Shown piece after piece: positions 10,116-18,688 of a stretch of DNA of 64,000 nucleotides. The stretch's first letter is position 1; every line of letters starts with the position of its first letter. Location: IMG/VR virus record IMGVR_UViG_3300043399_001190. One strand, 5' to 3'. Origin of the DNA: a virus. Its lineage: Duplodnaviria > Heunggongvirae > Uroviricota > Caudoviricetes. The notes beneath the pieces were generated by a model. That model had not been told where the DNA came from. It made no database searches and was given only the letters and a program-made list of their open reading frames with translations. Both the position numbers and the translations under genes were made by a program.

Positions 10116-10865
10116 ATGGCTGCACAACAAGGTTTTCAATATGAAGTGAACGCCGCCAATGTTTTGAAACCTTTAGGATTGGTACCAAAAACATTTGTGC
10201 CAGCCGGTGCGGGCCACGATCAACCCGATTTAATGCTGGAATATAAAAAAATTAAGGCAGGTTGTGAATTAAAAATTACAGCAGCATCAGCCGGTTCTTT
10301 GGTTTTAAAATATGATTCGAAGGACAAAAAGAACCCCTGGAAATTTGGTGACATAAAGAAAGATGATGATGAAAAAATATTCATAAAGGAATTGGCAGAA
10401 GAAGTTGGCCTTTTTGATATTATCAAAAAGGAATGGAAAGAAATACCCTTTAAAAGAGATAAAGACCTTTTATGGGAATCGACAGCAGGAAAACTAACTA
10501 ATCAACAAAGATACGAAAGAGATAGGGACACATTTCCTGATATACGCGGTGAAATAAAAGCAGAAAAAATTGAACAATATTACAACAAAAAAGACACATA
10601 TTATGTAAATGTGGGTACACACGGCTTTTACATGATGGGAAAAAAGAATCCATTAAAATTGAAGAATGTACCTACATTCGCATCAGCAGCAAAAGCCACA
10701 TATCGAGCGAGAGTTCAATATAAAGGAGGAGGTAATTATCAATTTACTTTTGAGATGCAATTTTCTATTCCTGCTGCCAAAAAATCAAAATTTAATATTG
10801 CACCAGTTGACGGTAAAACCGTCAACATAAAAAAAGATCAATTAAATTTAACCTGTTTCATTTAA
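10116..10865 (+). CDS. hypothetical protein; possible PD-(D/E)xK nuclease-like motif (QPDLMLEYKK)
   Basis: ORF track; weak motif PD..EYK only. Confidence 0.4.
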   Translation: MAAQQGFQYEVNAANVLKPLGLVPKTFVPAGAGHDQPDLMLEYKKIKAGCELKITAASAGSLVLKYDSKDKKNPWKFGDIKKDDDEKIFIKELAEEVGLFDIIKKEWKEIPFKRDKDLLWESTAGKLTNQQRYERDRDTFPDIRGEIKAEKIEQYYNKKDTYYVNVGTHGFYMMGKKNPLKLKNVPTFASAAKATYRARVQYKGGGNYQFTFEMQFSIPAAKKSKFNIAPVDGKTVNIKKDQLNLTCFI

Positions 10866-10866
10866 T

Positions 10867-11148
10867 ATGCCATTAGACCTAAACATAGAAAAAATTCTCA
10901 AAGAATTTGATGAAGACGACGACTTCGGTTTTTCTGCCGTTTCTGAAGTTGAGTACAATAAAGTTATTAATGAATCTGCCGAAACGGCAGAAGCATACAA
11001 AGCTAAATTGGCTGAAGTTGAAAAACTTATCATACCCTTCTTAACCAAACTTTTGAAGACAGCCGACAAAGAATATATATACTGGCCAAATAGAAAACCA
11101 GCAATCGAAAAACAAATTGAAAAGATATTGAAACTGACTCGGAGTTAA
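10867..11148 (+). CDS. small acidic hypothetical protein
   Basis: ORF track, tight spacing. Confidence 0.4.
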   Translation: MPLDLNIEKILKEFDEDDDFGFSAVSEVEYNKVINESAETAEAYKAKLAEVEKLIIPFLTKLLKTADKEYIYWPNRKPAIEKQIEKILKLTRS

Positions 11149-11149
11149 T

Positions 11150-11881
11150 ATGAATCCTTTGGTGACGGTCATAACGCCAACTACGGCAAGTGACCAATTG
11201 CATGATGTATTGAAATCAATAGATAAACAAACATATCAAAACATTCAACACTTGGTTGTTGTAGATGGTTTTGACAAGTATGGCGTAAAAGCCACACAAA
11301 TAATGGAAGGCGCAAAACGATCCACTGCTTTTGCACTTCCTCACAATACCGGTTATGACCAATACAACGGTCATAGAATATATGGTGCAATGTCATATAT
11401 TGCAGAAGGTGAGTTCCTCTGCTTTCTGGATCAAGACAACTGGTACGAAGATACACACATAGAGTCTCTGGTTGAAGTAATTCGCCAAGGAAATCAATGG
11501 GCATATTCTCTAAGAAAAATTGTTTCACAAGAAGGAACATTCATTTGTAATGATGATTGTGAATCTCTTGGTAAATGGAAATCTATTCTAAATGACAATT
11601 TTGTGGACGTTAATTGTTTCATGATTCCTAAAATGGCAGCAATTGCATTTTCACCATACTGGTATCGTAGAGCTAGACACCCACAAGAACAACCAGAAGT
11701 TGATAGAATTTTATCGGCATTTATGATGCAAAATTTTAAAAAATTTGACACAAATGGTCAATATAGTGTAAACTATCGTGTAGCAAGTAGAGCAGATTCT
11801 GTACAAGATGTATTCTTCATTAAAGGTAATGAAGTGATGAAACAAAATATGAATGGAGAATTTCCGTGGCGAAAGACTTAA
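11150..11881 (+). CDS. glycosyltransferase family 2-like
   Basis: N-term VTVITPTTASDQLHDVLKSIDKQTY...VVVDGFD and DQDN (DxD) motifs typical of GT2. Confidence 0.55.
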   Translation: MNPLVTVITPTTASDQLHDVLKSIDKQTYQNIQHLVVVDGFDKYGVKATQIMEGAKRSTAFALPHNTGYDQYNGHRIYGAMSYIAEGEFLCFLDQDNWYEDTHIESLVEVIRQGNQWAYSLRKIVSQEGTFICNDDCESLGKWKSILNDNFVDVNCFMIPKMAAIAFSPYWYRRARHPQEQPEVDRILSAFMMQNFKKFDTNGQYSVNYRVASRADSVQDVFFIKGNEVMKQNMNGEFPWRKT

Positions 11882-12744
11882 TTATAGGTGCATATACAAA
11901 TTATGAATTCAATTTATTGAAACCTTGGATTTATTCCATCAAACAAACCGACTTCGATGGTGATATTGTTTTAATTGCCATTGATCCAGACGAAAACACC
12001 GTAAAACAAATAGAAGATGCTGGTGTAATAGTAGTTAAGGCTAGAAACGAACAAAAAATGAGAATTCATATGTTGCGTTTCTTGTACATATACAATTATC
12101 TAAAACACACAGATTATCGTTTCGTTATCACGACAGATGTTCGTGATGTTATCTTTCAGAACAATCCGACAAAATATCTTTACACAACATTTGGTAGCAA
12201 ATCAAAAGGTATCATTGCACAATCTGAGGCAATTAAAATTAAAGATGAAGCCTGGAATCGTGATAATATCATTAAAAATTTTGGAGAATATTTTTACAAT
12301 GATGTAAAGGACAATGAAGTATATAATGTTGGTCTGCTTGCTGGAACTGCCGAATATGTTAAAGATTTATGTTTTGCTTTGTTTCAAATGTCAAGCAATC
12401 GTCCAGATTGGGTCGCCGACCAGGCAGCATACAATATGTTATTGAGTTATAAACCCTGGTCCGATATTGCAATAAAACTAAAGCTTGAAGATGGTTGGGC
12501 TTTGAATGCACACGTAACAAACAAGCCAGATCAAATGCAAGAATTTGGTCCTTATTTGTTGGAAGAAAGACCGTATATGAAAGATGGTGTGGTTTTTAAT
12601 GCACAAGGAAAACCATTTACGATTGTACACCAGTATGATAGGGTTCCAGAGTGGACTATTTATTATATGGAAAAATTTCAATTTTCTATCAAATCGGACA
12701 CCAATACCGGCAGTTCACCTAAATACTTCATCTACAATACATAA
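11866..12744 (+). CDS. hypothetical protein of the glycan-modification cluster
   Basis: ORF track; overlaps neighbours. Confidence 0.4.
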   Translation: MAKDLIIGAYTNYEFNLLKPWIYSIKQTDFDGDIVLIAIDPDENTVKQIEDAGVIVVKARNEQKMRIHMLRFLYIYNYLKHTDYRFVITTDVRDVIFQNNPTKYLYTTFGSKSKGIIAQSEAIKIKDEAWNRDNIIKNFGEYFYNDVKDNEVYNVGLLAGTAEYVKDLCFALFQMSSNRPDWVADQAAYNMLLSYKPWSDIAIKLKLEDGWALNAHVTNKPDQMQEFGPYLLEERPYMKDGVVFNAQGKPFTIVHQYDRVPEWTIYYMEKFQFSIKSDTNTGSSPKYFIYNT

Positions 12745-12762
12745 TTTTATAAATATGAGGCT

Positions 12763-13599
12763 TTGAATATGAGCAAAATTTCTATCGTAACCGCTTTCTA
12801 TGACATTGGCCGAAGTGATTGGTCGATGGATGTACACAAAAATGGTGGTCCACTTCCACACTATTTACAAAGATCGACAGAAAAATATATCGAGCATTTC
12901 AAACGAATGTGCGAGATTGATACTGAAATCATTGTTTACACATCCTCTGATCTAGCATCAAAACTCGGTGAGATTTCACCGAATGTTAAAGTTGTCGAAT
13001 ATGACTACTTTAATATACATAAAGAACTCCGTGACAAGATTGAAGAAATACAAACATCACCTGAGTTCATAAAAAGAATAAATCCATATCAAGTAAGAAA
13101 TCCCGAATACTGGTCAAAAGACTATGTTGGTGTAACATCACTAAAGGCTTTCTATGTGAGTGATGCTTTTGAGCGTGGGTTAATCACCAATGAATGGGCT
13201 GCCTGGGTTGACTTTGGTTATTGTCGTGATGCAGAACATATTCCAAAAACCAAAAAATGGGAATATGATTTCACACCAGGTAAAATGCACTTCTTTAACT
13301 ATCGTGATCCGGACATTAATAAGAAACTTGAACAAATCCAGCTTGCGGTATTAAACAATATCGTCTATATCATCGGCGGTGTTTTTGTTGGTGAAAAAAC
13401 ACAATGGAAGATGCTTGAAGATAGTATGAGCAAATCAATGGAATTTTTAATGTACAACAAGCTCGTTGATGATGACCAAGGTCTTCTATTGAGTTCATAT
13501 TTTATGAATCCAGAAATGTATGAATTGCATAAAATGCCATTAGTTGCTCCAATTGAAGATGTTAGATCCATAATTAAGAAGTTTAATAATCATGAATAA
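12763..13599 (+). CDS. putative LPS/polysaccharide biosynthesis protein (HtrL/YibB-like N-terminus IVTAFYDIGR)
   Basis: motif recall only; TATAAATA-like sequence tttataaata at 12745-12755 just upstream. Confidence 0.35.
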   Translation: MNMSKISIVTAFYDIGRSDWSMDVHKNGGPLPHYLQRSTEKYIEHFKRMCEIDTEIIVYTSSDLASKLGEISPNVKVVEYDYFNIHKELRDKIEEIQTSPEFIKRINPYQVRNPEYWSKDYVGVTSLKAFYVSDAFERGLITNEWAAWVDFGYCRDAEHIPKTKKWEYDFTPGKMHFFNYRDPDINKKLEQIQLAVLNNIVYIIGGVFVGEKTQWKMLEDSMSKSMEFLMYNKLVDDDQGLLLSSYFMNPEMYELHKMPLVAPIEDVRSIIKKFNNHE

Positions 13600-14977
13600 A
13601 TTAGTAATTTTTGACCTTGATGGTGTATTAATTGATTCTAGAGAAATACACTATGATGCATTAAATGATGCTCTGAGAAAAGTGGGTGAACAATATGTCA
13701 TTTCTAGAGAAGAACATTTAAGCTTATACGATGGTTTAAATACGACTAGAAAACTTAAGATGTTGACCGAAAAAAAAGGTTTACCTGTTTCTGAATATGA
13801 TAAGATTTGGTCTGACAAGCAAGAAGCAACATTCACTATTGTTAGAGGTTTCAATAAAGAATATTGGTTACAAACCATGTTCAGAAAAATAAAAGCAAGA
13901 GGATATAAAATTGCTGTTGCTTCGAATTCAATTCGTGAGACAGTAAAATTGTCTCTTATAAGTATTGGGCTAATTGAAGAAGTTGATTATTTTGTTAGCA
14001 ATGAGGATGTAAGTAGAGCAAAGCCATATCCCGAAATGTATTGGAAATGCATGACAGCTTTGAATGCTTTACCCAAAAATACTATCATTGTCGAAGATAG
14101 TCACATCGGCCGACAAGGTGCTTTAGATTCTGGCGCACATTTATTACCAGTTGAAAACGCACAAGAAGTTAACAGTGAAAATATGATGCAAAGGATTTAT
14201 GACCTTATGAATACAATTGAAGGAACAAGTAAAAAATCTCTACCTTGGAGAGATAACAAACTAAACGTTTTGATTCCAATGGCTGGCGCAGGCTCACGTT
14301 TTTCTACTGCCGGTTATACTTTTCCAAAACCACTTATTGAAGTTCGCGGTAAACCAATGATTCAAGTTGTTGTCGAAAACTTGAATATTGAAGCTAACTA
14401 CATTTTCTTAGTACAAAAAGAACACTATGAAAAATATAACTTGAAGTATCTTCTGAATCTAATTGCTCCAAATTGTAAGATTGTGCAAGTAGATGGTCTA
14501 ACAGAAGGTGCAGCTTGTACGACTTTATTGGCAAAAGAATATATTGATAATGATGCGCCTCTAGTCATGGCAAATTCGGATCAATACGTTGATTGGAATT
14601 CTAATGAATGCATGTACGCTTTCTCAGCAGATTCTATTGATGGTGGCATTCTAACATTTGAAGCAACGCATCCGAAATGGTCTTATGCAAAACTTGATGA
14701 GAATGGATTTGTTTCTGAAGTTGCAGAGAAGAAAGTTATTTCCAATAATGCAACAGTTGGCATTTATTACTGGCGTCACGGTTCAGACTATGTTAAATAT
14801 GCTGAACAGATGATTAAAAAAGATATTCGCGTTAACAATGAATTTTATGTTTGTCCCGTTTTCAATGAAGCGATTGGTGACGGTAAAAAAATTCGTGTTA
14901 AAAATGTTGAAGCTATGTGGGGTATTGGAACCCCAGAAGATTTAAATTATTTTTTGAGCAATCACAAGGAAGATTAA
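13592..14977 (+). CDS. bifunctional HAD-family phosphatase/phosphomutase (N) + sugar-phosphate nucleotidyltransferase (C)
   Basis: HAD motif I IFDLDGVLIDS at N-term; nucleotidyltransferase signature LIPMAGAGSRF in C-half. Confidence 0.55.
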   Translation: MNKLVIFDLDGVLIDSREIHYDALNDALRKVGEQYVISREEHLSLYDGLNTTRKLKMLTEKKGLPVSEYDKIWSDKQEATFTIVRGFNKEYWLQTMFRKIKARGYKIAVASNSIRETVKLSLISIGLIEEVDYFVSNEDVSRAKPYPEMYWKCMTALNALPKNTIIVEDSHIGRQGALDSGAHLLPVENAQEVNSENMMQRIYDLMNTIEGTSKKSLPWRDNKLNVLIPMAGAGSRFSTAGYTFPKPLIEVRGKPMIQVVVENLNIEANYIFLVQKEHYEKYNLKYLLNLIAPNCKIVQVDGLTEGAACTTLLAKEYIDNDAPLVMANSDQYVDWNSNECMYAFSADSIDGGILTFEATHPKWSYAKLDENGFVSEVAEKKVISNNATVGIYYWRHGSDYVKYAEQMIKKDIRVNNEFYVCPVFNEAIGDGKKIRVKNVEAMWGIGTPEDLNYFLSNHKED

Positions 14978-14978
14978 A

Positions 14979-15593
14979 ATGAAATATTTTTTTGATGTTG
15001 GAGCACACTGGGGACAAGACTCTCTACATATTGCAAAAGATGACCCAGATACTACAGTTATTGCTTTTGAGCCAACGCCGGAGTTAGCTTCTAGATTGAG
15101 GTGGATTGCCAAAGAAGGGAAATTTGAAAGCCGCTATAAAGTATATCAGCAAGCAATTTCAGATTTTGATGGTGAATCAGATTTTCATCTTGTTGTCGGT
15201 GATACCGGTTCGGCCTCTCTTAACGAATTCAATGACAATCTACATCAAACTTGGCCAGGTAGAACAGACTTTGTTGTTAGAGGCTCAATCAAAGTAAATG
15301 TATACAGACTCGAAACGTGGCTGCCTTTGTTTGCACCGGAAGTAACAGAAATTGAACATTTACATATTGATGCTCAAGGCTCCGATTTAGCAGTTTTAAG
15401 AGGTCTAGGTTCCAAACTCTCGATGGTGAAATCTGGTGTCGTTGAAGTGCCACAAGCTGCTGCTTTACGACTGTATAAGGGTCAACACACGAAAGAAGAA
15501 ACTCTCCAATTTTTGGAAGAGAATGGTTTCGAAGTTACAAATGTGACTTCACAGGTTAATGAGGATAATATTTTCTTTCAGAGAAAAAAATGA
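14979..15593 (+). CDS. FkbM-family SAM-dependent methyltransferase-like
   Basis: N-term FFDVGAHWGQDS resembles FkbM motif (IDVGAN.G); 204 aa. Confidence 0.5.
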   Translation: MKYFFDVGAHWGQDSLHIAKDDPDTTVIAFEPTPELASRLRWIAKEGKFESRYKVYQQAISDFDGESDFHLVVGDTGSASLNEFNDNLHQTWPGRTDFVVRGSIKVNVYRLETWLPLFAPEVTEIEHLHIDAQGSDLAVLRGLGSKLSMVKSGVVEVPQAAALRLYKGQHTKEETLQFLEENGFEVTNVTSQVNEDNIFFQRKK

Positions 15594-16303
15594 AAGTTGC
15601 ATTGTTATTAACAGGTCATATGCGGTGTTGGAATCAAGTATTTCCAAATACCAAAAACCATATCATGGACAAATATAATCCAGATGTTTTCATCGAGACA
15701 TGGGATTCTGAAGCATACTGGGATCCACATTCTTCAAAGGGTATAACCGAAGGTGGTCCCAATTTGAATGTTGATGCGATTCAACGTACTTACAAACCAG
15801 TATACATGAATGTGGAAAAATACGAAGAATTTGAAGAAAATTTTTCTCAACGAGCTAAGGAATTTACTAATTTCTATCATGTACCGAAAAACCAAATTTC
15901 CATGTGGTTTAAAGTAGGTCGTGGTATGCTCGCTGTTGAAGAGCATATGATGTTGACAGGCAAAACATATGATGTTATAATTCGTATGCGTCCAGATTTG
16001 TACTTCAATGAACCTTTACCAGATTTTGATCCGAACAAATTTTATACCTTGGGATTTAGAAATCATATGGGTCAAGGAACCTCCGATATGATTCAAGTTG
16101 GAAACTTCTTTACCATGAGCTTATTCTGTAAAGTTCTTTATCATTTACCACATCTTTATAAGGAAACCGGTCTTTTGTGTCCGCATGTTATTTCAGAACA
16201 CTTCATTAAAAGATTGGGATTACCCTGGCAAGAATTTATGGTTAACAAAACAATAATGCACACACCTCTAGGCGAATATAAACACAAGAGTCTGTACCAA
16301 TGA
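15590..16303 (+). CDS. hypothetical protein, paralogue of 16751..17458
   Basis: MKVALLLTGHMR / KYNPDVFIETWD aligns with MRLALCLSGQPR / KYTVDVFFHTWV. Confidence 0.45.
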   Translation: MKVALLLTGHMRCWNQVFPNTKNHIMDKYNPDVFIETWDSEAYWDPHSSKGITEGGPNLNVDAIQRTYKPVYMNVEKYEEFEENFSQRAKEFTNFYHVPKNQISMWFKVGRGMLAVEEHMMLTGKTYDVIIRMRPDLYFNEPLPDFDPNKFYTLGFRNHMGQGTSDMIQVGNFFTMSLFCKVLYHLPHLYKETGLLCPHVISEHFIKRLGLPWQEFMVNKTIMHTPLGEYKHKSLYQ

Positions 16304-16794
16304 TACTAATTGCACACAGAGGTCTTTTCAGTGGGCCTGATATCGAAAAAGAGAATACACCAAAACAAATCGAACTTGCATTGGAAAAAAATTACGATTG
16401 TGAAGTTGATGTTTGGTACGTTAAAAATGAATGGTGGCTAGGTCATGACAAACCACAATATAAAGTTGATTGGAACTTTATTGGAAAGGAAGGTTTGTGG
16501 CTGCACTGTAAGAATCTAGATGCTTTATATGAACTGACTTACAGCCCATTCAAGTACACTTATTTCTGGCATCAGGAAGACGATTTTACTTTAACTTCGA
16601 ATCATTACATCTGGACTTATCCTGGAAAATCTCTAACCAGAAATTCAATTTCTGTGCAACCAGAAAGAACGGAAGAAATGTGGACATGGACCAAAAGTTG
16701 TTCACTAGGTATAGCTGGTGTTTGTACAAAATATGTTGAAAGATTTGTGAATGAGATTAGCACTTTGTCTATCGGGACAACCGAGAAGCTATAA
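16300..16794 (+). CDS. glycerophosphodiester phosphodiesterase (GDPD)-like domain protein, short
   Basis: IAHRG...ENT...E.D.W..K...LGHD matches GDPD signature. Confidence 0.5.
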   Translation: MILIAHRGLFSGPDIEKENTPKQIELALEKNYDCEVDVWYVKNEWWLGHDKPQYKVDWNFIGKEGLWLHCKNLDALYELTYSPFKYTYFWHQEDDFTLTSNHYIWTYPGKSLTRNSISVQPERTEEMWTWTKSCSLGIAGVCTKYVERFVNEISTLSIGTTEKL

Positions 16795-17458
16795 AAAAGC
16801 TTTTGAATTTATAAGTAGAAATTTACTTGAAAAATATACTGTTGACGTTTTCTTTCATACGTGGGTGAACGTACCGGAGAATAGTTATATTTTTGACGAA
16901 CTGCAACAACTTTATAGACCTGTTATTGCTTCTTATGACTATTCTTTACCGTCAAATGTAAATTCACACATGTTGGTTCCAAATGGCTCACATCCAGCCA
17001 ATTTTTGCACATCAATGTTTTACTCTATTAATGTTGCAAATGAATATAGGGTCAAGCATGAAGTTTTTGGTGCATTTCGTTATGATTTTGTTATACGAAG
17101 TAGATTTGATTTTGCGCTAAACAAAGTGATTGATTTTGGTTCTCTGGAAACAAATAAACTCTATGTTCCAAAAGATGTTGAAGGACCGGCACTTTTAAAT
17201 GACCAGTTTGCCATAGCTGATTCTGATACGATGAATGTCTATGCGTCAACGTTCTTATATCTGCAAAAATTGTATAATTCTGGAGTTCCACTTTGTGGGC
17301 ATGAAATGTTGCAGGAACAACTGACAAGAAATTCTACGCCAGTTGAACGTATCGACCTTGACCATCCTTTCGTTGATGGTGATTTTAATAGAGGAAGACA
17401 CTCTCTGATACGTGAAGATATGTCAAAATGGGTCGATATTAAAATTTGGGGCTACTAA
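16751..17458 (+). CDS. hypothetical protein, paralogue of 15590..16303
   Basis: see paralogue; overlaps upstream gene by 44 nt. Confidence 0.45.
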   Translation: MRLALCLSGQPRSYKKAFEFISRNLLEKYTVDVFFHTWVNVPENSYIFDELQQLYRPVIASYDYSLPSNVNSHMLVPNGSHPANFCTSMFYSINVANEYRVKHEVFGAFRYDFVIRSRFDFALNKVIDFGSLETNKLYVPKDVEGPALLNDQFAIADSDTMNVYASTFLYLQKLYNSGVPLCGHEMLQEQLTRNSTPVERIDLDHPFVDGDFNRGRHSLIREDMSKWVDIKIWGY

Positions 17459-17494
17459 ATAATCCATAGTCACAGTGTACTATCAGAGGATTTA

Positions 17495-18688
17495 ATGAAA
17501 CAATTTTTGCAGTATTTGCAGGAAGAACTGGACCCGGAAGAGGGTGCCAGTAGGCAAATAAAACACCTAACACATATCGAAGATCGTATTTTGCAAACCG
17601 GAGACAAAGGTGCAAAACACGCAATTTCGTCATTGGAAACTGCGGCTGAACACATCAGTCAAGGTAAAAAGTCATCGCAACTGACAACAAAATATGACGG
17701 TTCACCAGCAATCGTTTACGGTCATCACCCAGAAAACGGTAAGTTTTTTGTTGCTTCCAAGTCAGCTTTCAACAAAACACCAAAAATCAACTATACGCCT
17801 GCCGATATAGAAAAAAACCATGGCCATGCTCCTGGCTTGGTTGAGAAGTTGAAAGCAGCACTGAAACATTTACCGAAAGTTGCACCAGAAAAAGGTGTTT
17901 ACCAGGGTGATATGATGTTCTCGGATGTAGACAAGAAACACTCAAAAGATGCCGTTTCTTTCAGACCAAATCCCTCTGGTATAACTTACACTGCACACGG
18001 TCAACATGCAACAAAAGCTAAAAAGGCCAAAATTGGTGTAGTAACTCATTTATCATATGAAGGCAAAAATTCTGCTAGTTTAAATGCATCGCACGAAGTT
18101 GACCATGAAAATTTCGGGCAACATTCTGATGTATTCTCGGTTGACCCAAGAATGGACACTTCTAAAGTACATTTCGGTCCAAAAGACAGAGCAGAATTCA
18201 AAAAACACATTGCCGCAGCTAGATCAGTTCACGATACGCACGGTGACGACATGTATGCAGGAACAAAAGCACATCAAGGTATAGGTGGTCATTTAGAGAC
18301 TTACATCAATCACACTGTTAGGAGTGATGAAGAACCTAATCATGAAAATTTTAAAAAGTGGTTGGAAAATAAGAAAAATAAAGAAATTGAAAAATTGAAG
18401 GTTGAAAAAAATAAAAAGTCCAAACAGCAAGAGTTATCAGCGGAATTAGATAAGATTGAAAGAAATAAAAAGCACTATAATAATGTTTTCAAAATGCATG
18501 GTCATTTACAAAAAGCAAAAAATGTGCTGATTAATGTTCTAAATCAACATCAAGAATTTCAACATGAACACGCTGGTGAACCAGCAAATCCTGAAGGATA
18601 CGTTTTCCATCACGGAAAAGAATCGGATAAATTTGTAAACAGAAGCGAATTCTCAAAAAGAAATTTTGCCGGAATAAGAAACATATGA
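17495..18688 (+). CDS. putative covalent nucleotidyltransferase (KxDG motif, ligase-like) with T4 CTS-like N-terminus
   Basis: N-term MKQFLQYLQE; TTKYDGSPAIVYG (KxDG), later PEGYVFHHGK; assignment by motif only. Confidence 0.45.
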   Translation: MKQFLQYLQEELDPEEGASRQIKHLTHIEDRILQTGDKGAKHAISSLETAAEHISQGKKSSQLTTKYDGSPAIVYGHHPENGKFFVASKSAFNKTPKINYTPADIEKNHGHAPGLVEKLKAALKHLPKVAPEKGVYQGDMMFSDVDKKHSKDAVSFRPNPSGITYTAHGQHATKAKKAKIGVVTHLSYEGKNSASLNASHEVDHENFGQHSDVFSVDPRMDTSKVHFGPKDRAEFKKHIAAARSVHDTHGDDMYAGTKAHQGIGGHLETYINHTVRSDEEPNHENFKKWLENKKNKEIEKLKVEKNKKSKQQELSAELDKIERNKKHYNNVFKMHGHLQKAKNVLINVLNQHQEFQHEHAGEPANPEGYVFHHGKESDKFVNRSEFSKRNFAGIRNI

